From Verrucomicrobiota bacterium (GTDB lineage Bacteria; Verrucomicrobiota; Verrucomicrobiia; Opitutales; Opitutaceae), in assembly GCA_023430565.1 (NCBI GenBank), contig JAEZAD010000089.1:2872-66871 (forward strand): a stretch of DNA of 64,000 bases, written 5' to 3'. The notes below the pieces were generated by a model, which worked only from the letters and a program-made list of their open reading frames with translations, was not told the origin of the DNA and made no database searches. The position numbers were made by a program, and so were the translations under genes. Below, one piece after another: positions 1 to 8,025 of this stretch (positions are counted from its first letter, which is position 1; each line of letters starts with the position of its first letter).

Positions 1-1
1 G

Positions 2-583
2 ACGATCGAAGGCGCGCTGCCGGAAGGAGCGACGCACGTGTTTTTCGTGACGGACGGGCGGACGAATCCGGTGGATCAGATCGAAGTGTTCAAGGCGTGG
101 GTCGAGGGGCAGGGTGGGGAAGTCGCGCGGGTGATCTGCGTGGTGAATTGTCAGCTGGCGGAGAAAAATCCGGCGATGCTGGCGTGGTATGACGCGTGTA
201 TCCATTTTTCGGATGTTGTGCTCCTCAACCGGCGCGAAGGCGTGGAAAACAAGTGGATGAGCGAGTTTCAGGGGCATTTCAAAAAGCAGTTCATTCCGGC
301 GCTGTTCGAGTTGGTGAAAGACGGGCGCGTGAAGAATCCGGGGCTGGTGCTCGATCCGCAGGCGCGGCGGATGTCGCACGTGTTCGACGAGGAGCAGGAC
401 TGGGTGTTCACTAACGCCGAAGGCGAGGAGATCGAGGAAGACGAGGAGACGGAAGGCGACGAGGAGGTGGAGGTGACGCCGGAGGAGGATCCGTATTTCG
501 AGCGGCTCGCGGGCGGACAGCGGGCGAAGCCGATTCCGGATGTGGGGAAGTTTTTGGAGACGGGCGAGGGAGGATCGAAGTAA
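2..583 (+). CDS. P-loop GTPase-like protein (G3E/CobW-like), C-terminal part with acidic tail; 5' end lies outside the window
   Basis: Frame 2 is open from base 2 (TIEGALPEGATH precedes the listed start at 38). VVLLNRREG resembles a degenerate NKxD region. The C-terminus is rich in E/D. Family assignment is tentative. Confidence 0.4.
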   Translation, partial: TIEGALPEGATHVFFVTDGRTNPVDQIEVFKAWVEGQGGEVARVICVVNCQLAEKNPAMLAWYDACIHFSDVVLLNRREGVENKWMSEFQGHFKKQFIPALFELVKDGRVKNPGLVLDPQARRMSHVFDEEQDWVFTNAEGEEIEEDEETEGDEEVEVTPEEDPYFERLAGGQRAKPIPDVGKFLETGEGGSK

Positions 584-604
584 GCGCGGGCGGTGTTTTG
601 GGAA

Positions 605-689
605 CACAGAGGGCACGGAGGAGGCACAGAGGTCACGGAGGCGGAGAGTAGAACTCTGGGATCTTGGCGCTTCCTCTGTGACCTCTGTG
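605..689. repeat. REP-like element: a 17-mer present twice directly (605-621, 625-641) and once inverted (673-689)
   Basis: CACAGAGGTCACGGAGG (625-641) is the reverse complement of CCTCTGTGACCTCTGTG (673-689) with 1 mismatch. A degenerate direct copy, CACAGAGGGCACGGAGG, lies at 605-621. Confidence 0.7.
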
Positions 690-749
690 TCGAAGCAGGC
701 CGATGCGAAGGGCGGGATGCGGTTTGCGTCGTGAGTCGGGGCGTGTTGG

Positions 750-2087
750 ATGCGGGCGATGAGCTCGTCGCTATTTCCGCAGCACGTGATTGCGCGCAAG
801 CGCGATGGGGAGGCGCTGACGCGCGAGGAGATCGGGGCGTTTGTGCGCGGGGCGGTGGACGGGTCGTGGGCGGATTACCAGTTGTCGGCGCTGTTGATGG
901 CGATCGTGCTGCGGGGGATGTCGCGCGAGGAGGTCGTGGCCTATACGGAGGCGATGATGCGGTCGGGCGTCGTGGCGGATCTGTCGAGGGTGAAAAGGCC
1001 GAAGGCGGACAAGCACTCAACGGGCGGCGTGGGGGATAAAGTGTCGCTGCATCTGGCGCCGATGGTGGCGGCGTGTGGTGTGGCAGTGCCGATGATTTCG
1101 GGGCGCGGGCTGGGACACACGGGCGGGACGCTGGACAAATTGGAATCGATTCCGGGGTTTCGTGTGGGGCTTTCGATGGAGGAGTATCGAAGGCAGGTGG
1201 ATGAGTTGGGACTATGTTTGATTGGACAGACGGCGGAACTGGCGCCGGCGGACAAGAAGCTTTATGCGCTGCGCGACGTGACAGCGACGGTGGAGAGCAT
1301 CCCGCTGATTTGCGGGAGCATTCTCGCGAAGAAGCTGGCGGAAGGGATCGACGTGCTCGTGCTCGACGTGAAGTTCGGGCGGGGAGCGTTCATGAAAGAG
1401 AAGGCGAAGGCGCGCGAGTTGGCGGAAGCGATGGTGTCGGTGGCGACGGCGATGGGGAAACCGACGCGGGCGGTGCTGACGGCGATGGAGCAGCCGCTGG
1501 GACGCGCGGTGGGGAATGCATTGGAGGTGATCGAGTCGATCGAGTGTTTAAGAGGGGAAGGGCCGAGCGATACGATGGAGGTCACGTATGCGCTTGGGGA
1601 GCAGATGCTGGTGCTCGCGAAGGCGGCGAAGGATGCGAAGGAGGCACGGGCGAAGTTGGAGGAGAGTGTGCGGAGTGGCGCGGCGCTGGAACTTTTTGGA
1701 AAGATGATCGAGGCACAGGGAGGCGACGCGCGGGTGGTGAACGATGTGGCGCGGTTGCCGAAAGCGAAGATCAGCGAGCCGTTTCTGGCGGTGCGCGGCG
1801 GTGTCGTTGCCGATGTCGATGCGATGGGGGTCGCGCTCGCGGCGCTGCGATTAGGCGCGGGGCGGAAACGCGCGGAGGATCGCGTGGATCACGCCGTGGG
1901 GTTTAGCGGGCTCGTGAAGGTGGGCGAACGCGTAGCGCAGGGAGCGCCCTTGTGTGTGGTGCACGCGAACGATCGCGCGGCGCTGGAGGAGGCGAAGGCG
2001 ATGTTGGCGAAGGCGATCTGTGTGGCGGATGCGGGGAGGGAGGGGGCGATGGGGAGGTTAGTGGATGAGGTGGTGGGTAGCGTGTAG
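750..2087 (+). CDS. deoA: thymidine / pyrimidine-nucleoside phosphorylase
   Basis: 445 aa. IARKRDGEALTREEI, KHSTGGVGDK and SGRGLGHTGGTLDKLESIPGF are hallmark motifs of the family. Confidence 0.9.
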   Translation: MRAMSSSLFPQHVIARKRDGEALTREEIGAFVRGAVDGSWADYQLSALLMAIVLRGMSREEVVAYTEAMMRSGVVADLSRVKRPKADKHSTGGVGDKVSLHLAPMVAACGVAVPMISGRGLGHTGGTLDKLESIPGFRVGLSMEEYRRQVDELGLCLIGQTAELAPADKKLYALRDVTATVESIPLICGSILAKKLAEGIDVLVLDVKFGRGAFMKEKAKARELAEAMVSVATAMGKPTRAVLTAMEQPLGRAVGNALEVIESIECLRGEGPSDTMEVTYALGEQMLVLAKAAKDAKEARAKLEESVRSGAALELFGKMIEAQGGDARVVNDVARLPKAKISEPFLAVRGGVVADVDAMGVALAALRLGAGRKRAEDRVDHAVGFSGLVKVGERVAQGAPLCVVHANDRAALEEAKAMLAKAICVADAGREGAMGRLVDEVVGSV

Positions 2088-2159
2088 GAGCGGGTTTATC
2101 CCGCGATTTTGAGGAGGTTTGGCGGATGAGCGCTCAGTCGCGGCGTAAGCCGCTCATAC
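2084..2159. repeat. REP doublet (inverted pair) left of the RAYT gene
   Basis: GTAGGAGCGGGTTTATCCCGCGAT (2084-2107; stem GCGGG/CCCGC). The inverted relative GTCGCGGCGTAAGCCGCTCATAC (2137-2159; stem GCGGC/GCCGC) has reverse complement GTATGAGCGGCTTACGCCGCGAC. Confidence 0.75.
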
Positions 2160-2198
2160 AGGGTGGACGTTGAGGTGCAGTGATGATGAAAACGTGCC

Positions 2199-2714
2199 AT
2201 GACGTTGCAGGTGGGCCGTGGGCATGAAGCGTTGAGACGCGGGCGGTCGTCGTGTCCTGGTGCGGAATATTTCGTCACGTGTTGCACGGGCGGGCGAGCA
2301 CCTGGTCTCGAGCGGGCGGAGGTGACCTCTGCCCTCGTTGCCGAGTCGAACAAACTAGCGGACGAGGGCGTGTGGCGTATGCGCAGTGCAGTCGTAATGC
2401 GCGATCACGTTCATCTTCTGGTGGCGCTAGGAACGAAGCGGTCGTTGCCGGAAGCGATGAGGCTGTTCAAGGGGCGAACGTCTCCGCTGCTTCGGCGAGC
2501 GGGGTTGGGTTGGCAGCGGGGATACTTCGATCATCGAATGCGTGGCGTTGAGGATCGGCTGCCGGTGTTTCGGTATATCTTTCTCAATCCATATCGCGCC
2601 GGGTTACTGCACGACGACGCGAGATGGCCCGGTTACTTCTGCTGTGATGAAGATTGGGCGTGGTTCGCGGGGCTGACGAAGGACGAGATGCCGTTTCCGG
2701 AGTGGTTGATGTAG
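2199..2714 (+). CDS. REP-associated tyrosine transposase (RAYT, IS200/IS605 Y1 transposase-like)
   Basis: 171 aa. HUH motif in RDHVHLLV. Tyrosine motif FRYIFLNPYRAGL (YIxxNP), typical of RAYTs. Flanked by REPs. Confidence 0.85.
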   Translation: MTLQVGRGHEALRRGRSSCPGAEYFVTCCTGGRAPGLERAEVTSALVAESNKLADEGVWRMRSAVVMRDHVHLLVALGTKRSLPEAMRLFKGRTSPLLRRAGLGWQRGYFDHRMRGVEDRLPVFRYIFLNPYRAGLLHDDARWPGYFCCDEDWAWFAGLTKDEMPFPEWLM

Positions 2715-2715
2715 T

Positions 2716-2763
2716 TCATCCCGCGAGGTGAACGCAACGGTCGCGGCGTAAAGCCGCTCCTAC
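2716..2763. repeat. REP pair right of the RAYT gene (partial forward copy plus full inverted copy)
   Basis: GTTCATCCCGCGA (2716-2728) matches GTTTATCCCGCGA on the left flank. GTCGCGGCGTAAAGCCGCTCCTAC (2740-2763) has reverse complement GTAGGAGCGGCTTTACGCCGCGAC. Confidence 0.7.
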
Positions 2764-4634
2764 ATTTTCTCCATTTCGGAGAGTTTGGTGGCGGCGGCTT
2801 CCCACTCGGCGGTGGCGGCGGTGATCTGGTCGACGATCGTGCTGAGTTCGCGGTTCAGGTGGTGGAATTTGCCCTTGTCGGCGTAGGTCTCCGGGGCCTC
2901 GAGCGCGGCGGTGATTTCGGCCTGTTTGGCTTCGAGATCGACGACGCGTTTCTCGAGCTGGCCGACTTCTTCGCGGAATTTGCGGATCTGGTTCGGCGTG
3001 AACTTCGCTTTGTTCGCGGACGCGGCGGGCGCGGGTTTTTCCGGGCTCGACCCGGCTTTTTGTTGAACCGGGCGGGCATCGGTGAAGCCGGCGGTCAACG
3101 CGGCGCGGGCGTCGGTGGCTTTCGATTTTTCGAGGTAGTAGTCGTAGTTGCCGGCGTAGGGGGTGAGGCGGCCGCTGTGGACGTGGAGGACGTTTTCCGC
3201 GAGCGAGCGGATGAAATGCACGTCGTGGCTGATGAAGATCAGCGTGCCTTCGTAATTTTTCAGCGCGCCGACGAGGGCGTCGATCGACGCGATGTCGAGG
3301 TGCGTCGTGGGCTCGTCCATCAGCAGGAGATTCGGCGGCTTCACGAGCAGACGGGCGAGCGCGAGGCGGGATTTTTCGCCGCCGGAGAGGACGGCGATCG
3401 GTTTGTGGACGTCGTCCTTGCGGAAGAGAAACGCTCCCAGAATGGCGCGCGCTTGTTGTTCGGTGAGCTGGTTTTCGTTGGTGCGCAGCTCCATGACGTT
3501 CTCGAAGACGCTCAGCTCGGGCTTGAGGTTATCGAGGCGATTCTGGGCGAAGTAGCCGACGTTGACGTTGCTGCCGAGCTCGCGCGTGCCGCCCTGGATC
3601 GGGAGGTTGCCGGCGAGGATTTTCAGGAGCGTGGACTTGCCGGCGCCGTTCGGACCAACGAGGACGATGCGCTGGCCGCGTTCGGCGGTGAAGTTGAGAT
3701 CCCGATACACGACATGGTCGCCGTAGGCTTGTTGGACGTTTTCGAGCTCGATGACCTTCAAGCCGGAGCGCGGCGGCTGCGGGAACTTGAAGTTGATGCG
3801 CTTCAGTTCCTCGTGCGGTTCTTCGACCGCGACCTCCTGGAGGCGCTCGATTTGTTTCTCCTTGGATTTGGCGCGCGAGGCCATCGAGGCTTTGGCGCCG
3901 AAGCGGTCGACGAACTTCTGGAGGTGGGCGATTTCGCGCTGCTGGTTCTTGAAGAGCGCGGCCTGCTGTTGTTTGCGGGCCTCTTTCTCCTGGAGGAAGT
4001 TGTCGTAGTTGCCGTGGTAGTAATGAAGCGTGCCGGCGCGGAGCTCGAGCATGCCGGTGCAGAGGGCGTTGAGGAAGGCGCGGTCGTGGGAGATGACGAC
4101 GAGGCCGCCGGGGTAGCGCGAGAGGTAGTCCTGAAACCAGAGGAGCGCCTCGAGATCGAGGTGGTTGGTGGGCTCGTCGAGGAGGAGGAGCGCGGGTTCG
4201 GAGACGAGGAGGCGCGCCAGGTGCGCGCGCATGACCCAGCCGCCGGAGAAGGTTTTGGCGAGTTTTTCGGCGTCGCCTTCCTTGAAGCCGAGGCCGGCGA
4301 GGATTTTGCGGGCGCGCGGTTCGAGGGTGTAGTCGATATCCCAGTCGTCTTCGTCGGGCTCGAGCTTTTTGCCGGACGTGGCGATTTCGAGAATGGTTTC
4401 TTCGCCGACCGGCGCGCTTTCCTGGGGAAGAAAACCGAAGTCCGCGCCGCGCTCCCACTCGATGGTGCCGGTGTCGGGGCGTTCCTCGCCGAGGATGAGG
4501 GAGAAGAGCGTGGATTTGCCGGCGCCGTTGGGGCCGATGAGGCCAAGGCGGTCGGTGCGCGCGATGAAGAGCGACACGTCGGAGAAGAGCTCGCGTGTGC
4601 CGTAGGACTTGGAGACGTCGGCGATCGTCAGCAT
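2760..4634 (-). CDS. ABC-F family ATPase (two ABC domains, no membrane domain; Uup/YheS-like)
   Basis: 624 aa. Two Walker A motifs (GPNGAGKST, twice), two LSGG signatures, and a coiled-coil C-terminal tail. Confidence 0.9.
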   Translation of the reverse strand: MLTIADVSKSYGTRELFSDVSLFIARTDRLGLIGPNGAGKSTLFSLILGEERPDTGTIEWERGADFGFLPQESAPVGEETILEIATSGKKLEPDEDDWDIDYTLEPRARKILAGLGFKEGDAEKLAKTFSGGWVMRAHLARLLVSEPALLLLDEPTNHLDLEALLWFQDYLSRYPGGLVVISHDRAFLNALCTGMLELRAGTLHYYHGNYDNFLQEKEARKQQQAALFKNQQREIAHLQKFVDRFGAKASMASRAKSKEKQIERLQEVAVEEPHEELKRINFKFPQPPRSGLKVIELENVQQAYGDHVVYRDLNFTAERGQRIVLVGPNGAGKSTLLKILAGNLPIQGGTRELGSNVNVGYFAQNRLDNLKPELSVFENVMELRTNENQLTEQQARAILGAFLFRKDDVHKPIAVLSGGEKSRLALARLLVKPPNLLLMDEPTTHLDIASIDALVGALKNYEGTLIFISHDVHFIRSLAENVLHVHSGRLTPYAGNYDYYLEKSKATDARAALTAGFTDARPVQQKAGSSPEKPAPAASANKAKFTPNQIRKFREEVGQLEKRVVDLEAKQAEITAALEAPETYADKGKFHHLNRELSTIVDQITAATAEWEAAATKLSEMEKM

Positions 4635-4705
4635 TGAAACGGGTCAAAAGAGGGAAGGCGCGGGGGCGCGTCAATGGCCGTTTCCCGGTCGGGGCGCGGT
4701 CGAAT

Positions 4706-4724
4706 TGTCACCTATTAAGTGACA
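4706..4724. repeat. AT-rich palindrome TGTCACCTATTAAGTGACA (family copy 0)
   Basis: Exact reverse complement of 38963-38981. Lies 72-90 nt upstream of the ABC-F start. Confidence 0.8.
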
Positions 4725-4775
4725 TTTTGGTTTGCGAGCCGAGGGTGTGGGGCACGTCGCGAGGGAGGTCGCGAG

Positions 4776-5672
4776 CTATCGGGCGAGGGTGAGGGCGATG
4801 CAGCCGGCGGTGGCGATGACGGCGCCGAGGAGGGCGCGGCGGGTGGGGCGTTCGTGTTCGATCCAGTAGCTGAGCGGGATGACGACGAGGGGCGTGCAGG
4901 CGACGATGGGAAGGACAATGCCGCTGGGGGTGGTGGCGAGCGCCCATTGGTAGGCGCTGACGCCGAGGATGGCGCCGCAAAAGGCGTTGGCGGGAATCCA
5001 GAGCCAGGCGCGCGCGGGGATCGGGTGCGGAACTTCGGGCGGGGTGTGGCGGCGGAGGAGCGCGCGGATCGCGAAGTAGAGGAGTGAGATGAGGAGACCG
5101 CCGGCGATGCGTTGATAGGCGGCGGTGATGCCGTCGATGGGTTGGCCGGCGAGATCGGCGAGGGCGTTGGCTTTGCGGGTGAAGACGGCGCCGAGGCCCT
5201 GGCCGAGCGCGCTGAGCAGACCGAAAACGAAGCCGGCGGCGCGGACAGGGACGCGCGGAGGTTGAGAACGCGTGGGCATGAGCGCGACGGCGACGCCGGA
5301 AAGGATCACGAAGCCCCAGAGGACTTGGGGCGTCGTCAGTGTGGTGCCGAGCCAGAGGCGCTCGAACAACATCGCGACGGGTGCGGCGACGCATTGCGTG
5401 ATGAGGATGGTGAGGCGGGAGCCGAGGAGCGGGAGGGCGTAGAAGAAGGCGAGGTCGCCGAGGCCCATGCCGACGATGCCGCTGAGGAGGAACCAATTCC
5501 GACCGTCGCCGGAGAGGCCCTGGCCGAGGGTGTGCGCGTAGAGGCCGAGGACGAGAAGGGCGAAGATGAGGCGGCCGAGGTTGGCGCGGGTGAGTCCGAC
5601 GGCGCGGATGCTGCGATTGGCGAAGATCGCGGACAGCGAGAAAAAGACGGTGGTGAGGAAGGCGCCGAGCAT
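4776..5672 (-). CDS. DMT superfamily (EamA-like) transporter
   Basis: 298 aa, about 10 hydrophobic helices, duplicated EamA-type organisation. Confidence 0.8.
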   Translation of the reverse strand: MLGAFLTTVFFSLSAIFANRSIRAVGLTRANLGRLIFALLVLGLYAHTLGQGLSGDGRNWFLLSGIVGMGLGDLAFFYALPLLGSRLTILITQCVAAPVAMLFERLWLGTTLTTPQVLWGFVILSGVAVALMPTRSQPPRVPVRAAGFVFGLLSALGQGLGAVFTRKANALADLAGQPIDGITAAYQRIAGGLLISLLYFAIRALLRRHTPPEVPHPIPARAWLWIPANAFCGAILGVSAYQWALATTPSGIVLPIVACTPLVVIPLSYWIEHERPTRRALLGAVIATAGCIALTLAR

Positions 5673-5797
5673 GGGCGGGCGGAGAGGAGGAGATTGGCCG
5701 CAAAAAGGCGCGGAAGGCGCAAGAAGGTTAGTTGGAGGCGATTTGTTGATTTTGGGCTTTTTTGTGGGCGAAACCTGAGCGTAGTTTCGCGCTACTC

Positions 5798-6844
5798 ATG
5801 AAAGCCACACGCGCCAAGAAACGTCCGGAAGATATCAATGCCGACCTTGCGAAGTCGAAAGGGGCGGTGTCGAAGTTCATCGCTCGCAACTACCGGCACT
5901 TCAATGCGGCGTCGTTGCTCGATGCGGCAAAGGGCTATGAGACGCATCTCGCGGCCGGCGGAAAAATGCTCGTGACGCTGGCGGGCGCGATGTCGACGGC
6001 GGAACTGGGCATCTCGCTCGCGGAGATGATTCGCAAGGACAAGGTGCACGCGATCGTGTGCACGGGCGCGAATCTCGAGGAGGACATCTTCAATCTCGTC
6101 GCGCACGATTACTACGAACGCGTGCCGAACTACCGTCACTTGACGGGAGACGACGAGGAGGAGTTGTTGAGCCGGCACATGAACCGCGTGACGGACACGT
6201 GCATCCCCGAGATGGAAGCGATGCGGCGGATCGAGTCGGTGGTGCTCGAAGAGTGGATGGCGGCGGATGCGGCGGGGGAACGATATTTCCCGCACGAGTT
6301 CATGTATAAGATTCTTCGCGGCGGTAAGCTGAAGAAGAGTTTTCAGATCGATCCGAAGAACTCGTGGATGCTGGCGGCCTGCGAGAAGAACCTGCCGATC
6401 GTGGTGCCCGGTTGGGAAGACGCGACGCTCGGCAACATGTATGCGGCGGCGGTGATCCGCGGCGACGTGAAGAACGTGCACACGGTGCGCACGGGCATCG
6501 AATACATGACGTGGCTGGCGGACTACTACACGACGAACGCGAAGCTGCTGCGCAACAAGGAGGGCTCGATCGGTTTCTTCCAGATCGGGGGCGGGATCGC
6601 GGGCGATTTCCCGATCTGCGTGGTGCCGATGCTGCACCAGGATCTCGAGCGCACGGGCGTGCCGTTGTGGGGCTATTTCTGCCAGATCAGTGATTCGACG
6701 ACGAGCTACGGCTCGTATTCGGGCGCGGTGCCGAACGAGAAGATCACCTGGGGCAAGCTTCAGGCGAGCACGCCGAAATACATCGTGGAAAGCGATGCGA
6801 CGATCGTGGCGCCGTTGATTTTTGCGTGGGTGCTCGGGCAGTAG
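5798..6844 (+). CDS. deoxyhypusine synthase family protein (homospermidine-synthase-like)
   Basis: NFNAASLLDA, TLAGAMSTAELG, IVCTGANLEEDIF and GGGIAGDFP are typical of the family. The ATG at 5798 is preferred over the TTG at 5762. Confidence 0.85.
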   Translation: MKATRAKKRPEDINADLAKSKGAVSKFIARNYRHFNAASLLDAAKGYETHLAAGGKMLVTLAGAMSTAELGISLAEMIRKDKVHAIVCTGANLEEDIFNLVAHDYYERVPNYRHLTGDDEEELLSRHMNRVTDTCIPEMEAMRRIESVVLEEWMAADAAGERYFPHEFMYKILRGGKLKKSFQIDPKNSWMLAACEKNLPIVVPGWEDATLGNMYAAAVIRGDVKNVHTVRTGIEYMTWLADYYTTNAKLLRNKEGSIGFFQIGGGIAGDFPICVVPMLHQDLERTGVPLWGYFCQISDSTTSYGSYSGAVPNEKITWGKLQASTPKYIVESDATIVAPLIFAWVLGQ

Positions 6845-6874
6845 AGCCGGAGGTTGTTTTCGTTTTCAGCATCG

Positions 6875-6906
6875 AGCCGCGGTTTGGCACCGCGGCTTTT
6901 GTTTTT
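6875..6906 (+). terminator. rho-independent terminator after the deoxyhypusine-synthase-like gene
   Basis: Stem AGCCGCGG (6875-6882) pairs with CCGCGGCT (6890-6897), loop TTTGGCA, followed by TTTTGTTTTT. Confidence 0.65.
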
Positions 6907-7496
6907 CAGGGCTGCGCGGCTTTGAGGAGGCTCGTGGCGGAGGTGCGGGCTCGTTCCGCCCATTCCGGGTCGCGGGTGGCGTGAGCTGCGACGATCGCGC
7001 CGTCGATCAGCAGGCTGATGGAATCCGCGACGGCTGCAGGATTCCGGGCGCCGGCGGCTTCGATGATCGTGCGAATGCGGGCGTTCATCTCGCGCTTGTG
7101 GCGCCAGGCGGTTTGGTGGATCGGGTGCTCGGAATCTGGATACTCACTGAGTGCGCGAATGAAGGCGCAGCCCTTGAACCCGTCGCTTTCGAAAAGTCCG
7201 CGCAAAAGGTCGAAGAGGGCGTTGAGGCGGCGTTGGGGGCTCTTGCCGGCGGCGGCGATGGCGGTGTCGAGGCTGCCGAGAAAGGTCGCGCTGCGTTTTT
7301 GGAGGATGGCGACGATCAGGTCCTCCTTGGAAGCGAAGTGATTGTAGAGCGTCATCTTCGCGACCTCGGCTTCGGCGAGAAGCGTGTCGATGCCGACCGC
7401 GCGGTAGCCGTCGCGATAGAAGAGGCGCGATGCGGTGGCCATCAGGTGGTCCCGCTTTGGTGATGGCGGGTGAGCTTCGGCGGTGGGGGTGGACAT
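6906..7496 (-). CDS. TetR/AcrR family transcriptional regulator
   Basis: N-terminal HTH region LMATASRLFYRDGYRAVGIDTLLAEAEVAKMTLYNHFASKEDL. ATG at 7496. Confidence 0.85.
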   Translation of the reverse strand: MSTPTAEAHPPSPKRDHLMATASRLFYRDGYRAVGIDTLLAEAEVAKMTLYNHFASKEDLIVAILQKRSATFLGSLDTAIAAAGKSPQRRLNALFDLLRGLFESDGFKGCAFIRALSEYPDSEHPIHQTAWRHKREMNARIRTIIEAAGARNPAAVADSISLLIDGAIVAAHATRDPEWAERARTSATSLLKAAQP

Positions 7497-7536
7497 GCGA
7501 GAATCCTGGAGGCGGAGCACGGAAACGACAAGCAAG

Positions 7537-7552
7537 TAGACAGAACTGTCTA
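7537..7552. promoter_or_regulatory. candidate TetR operator 1 (perfect palindrome TAGACAG-AA-CTGTCTA)
   Basis: Perfect 7-bp arms, in the 141-bp divergent spacer between the TetR gene and the DsrE-like gene. Confidence 0.55.
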
Positions 7553-7573
7553 TTTCATGCTTGCGTTCCGCAG

Positions 7574-7589
7574 TATACAGAACTGTCTA
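7574..7589. promoter_or_regulatory. candidate TetR operator 2 (TATACAG-AA-CTGTCTA)
   Basis: Same 16-mer as operator 1 with one mismatch, 37 bp downstream and 49 nt before the DsrE-like start. Confidence 0.5.
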
Positions 7590-7637
7590 TCTCAACCGCC
7601 GACCTGACGTCGGTGCAAAGCACGAATCCAAATCAAA

Positions 7638-8012
7638 ATGAAAACTGCCATTGTGATCCTGTCCGATCCGAAGTCCGGCACCGACGAGTCGTTGGGCCGC
7701 TTGTTGAACGCGCTGGCGTTCGCGCATGAGAGCCGCGAAGCGGGCGACGAAGTGGAAATTGTGTTCAAGGGCGCGGGCACGCGCTGGCCGGGCGAGCTGG
7801 CGAAGCTCAGCCATCCGGCGCACGAGCGCTTTCAAGCGCTGCGAGAAACGGTGAAAGGCTGTTCGCTGGGTTGCGCCGTCAAATACGGAGCGCGCGAGGA
7901 GGTCGAGGCGGCCGGCGTGGCGTTGCTGGCGGACACGCCGCTGCCGGGGACGCCGGGCGTGGCCGGGCTGCGCCGCTATCAGGTGGAAGGCTGGAGCCTC
8001 GCCACGTTTTGA
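7638..8012 (+). CDS. DsrE/DsrF-like family protein
   Basis: 124 aa. The MKTAIVILSDP start and overall pattern resemble the DsrE fold family. Moderate certainty. Confidence 0.65.
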   Translation: MKTAIVILSDPKSGTDESLGRLLNALAFAHESREAGDEVEIVFKGAGTRWPGELAKLSHPAHERFQALRETVKGCSLGCAVKYGAREEVEAAGVALLADTPLPGTPGVAGLRRYQVEGWSLATF

Positions 8013-8025
8013 GGAGGCGCGCGCG

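Larger units (their letters stand above)
2084..2763 (+). mobile_element. REP-RAYT unit: REP doublet, tyrosine transposase gene, REP pair
   Basis: The same hairpin-forming REP family (GTAGGAGCGG..CCGCGA) occurs on both sides of the RAYT ORF; see the separate repeat features. Confidence 0.6.

Noticed and set aside
268-1020. 250-aa Pro/Ser/Thr/Arg-rich ORF on the minus strand
   Set aside because: It overlaps the GTPase-like gene and the deoA start in antisense. Low complexity.
2859-4637. 592-aa ORF on the plus strand
   Set aside because: It is antisense to the ABC-F gene, which has unmistakable Walker and signature motifs. The composition (G/E/V/A/D/F-rich, e.g. GGEAAAVDVEDVF) is typical of the reverse frame of a high-GC gene.
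6883-6900. TGGCAC within the spacer after the deoxyhypusine-synthase-like gene
   Set aside because: There is no TTGC at the right spacing. The TGGCAC is simply the loop and stem of the terminator hairpin.
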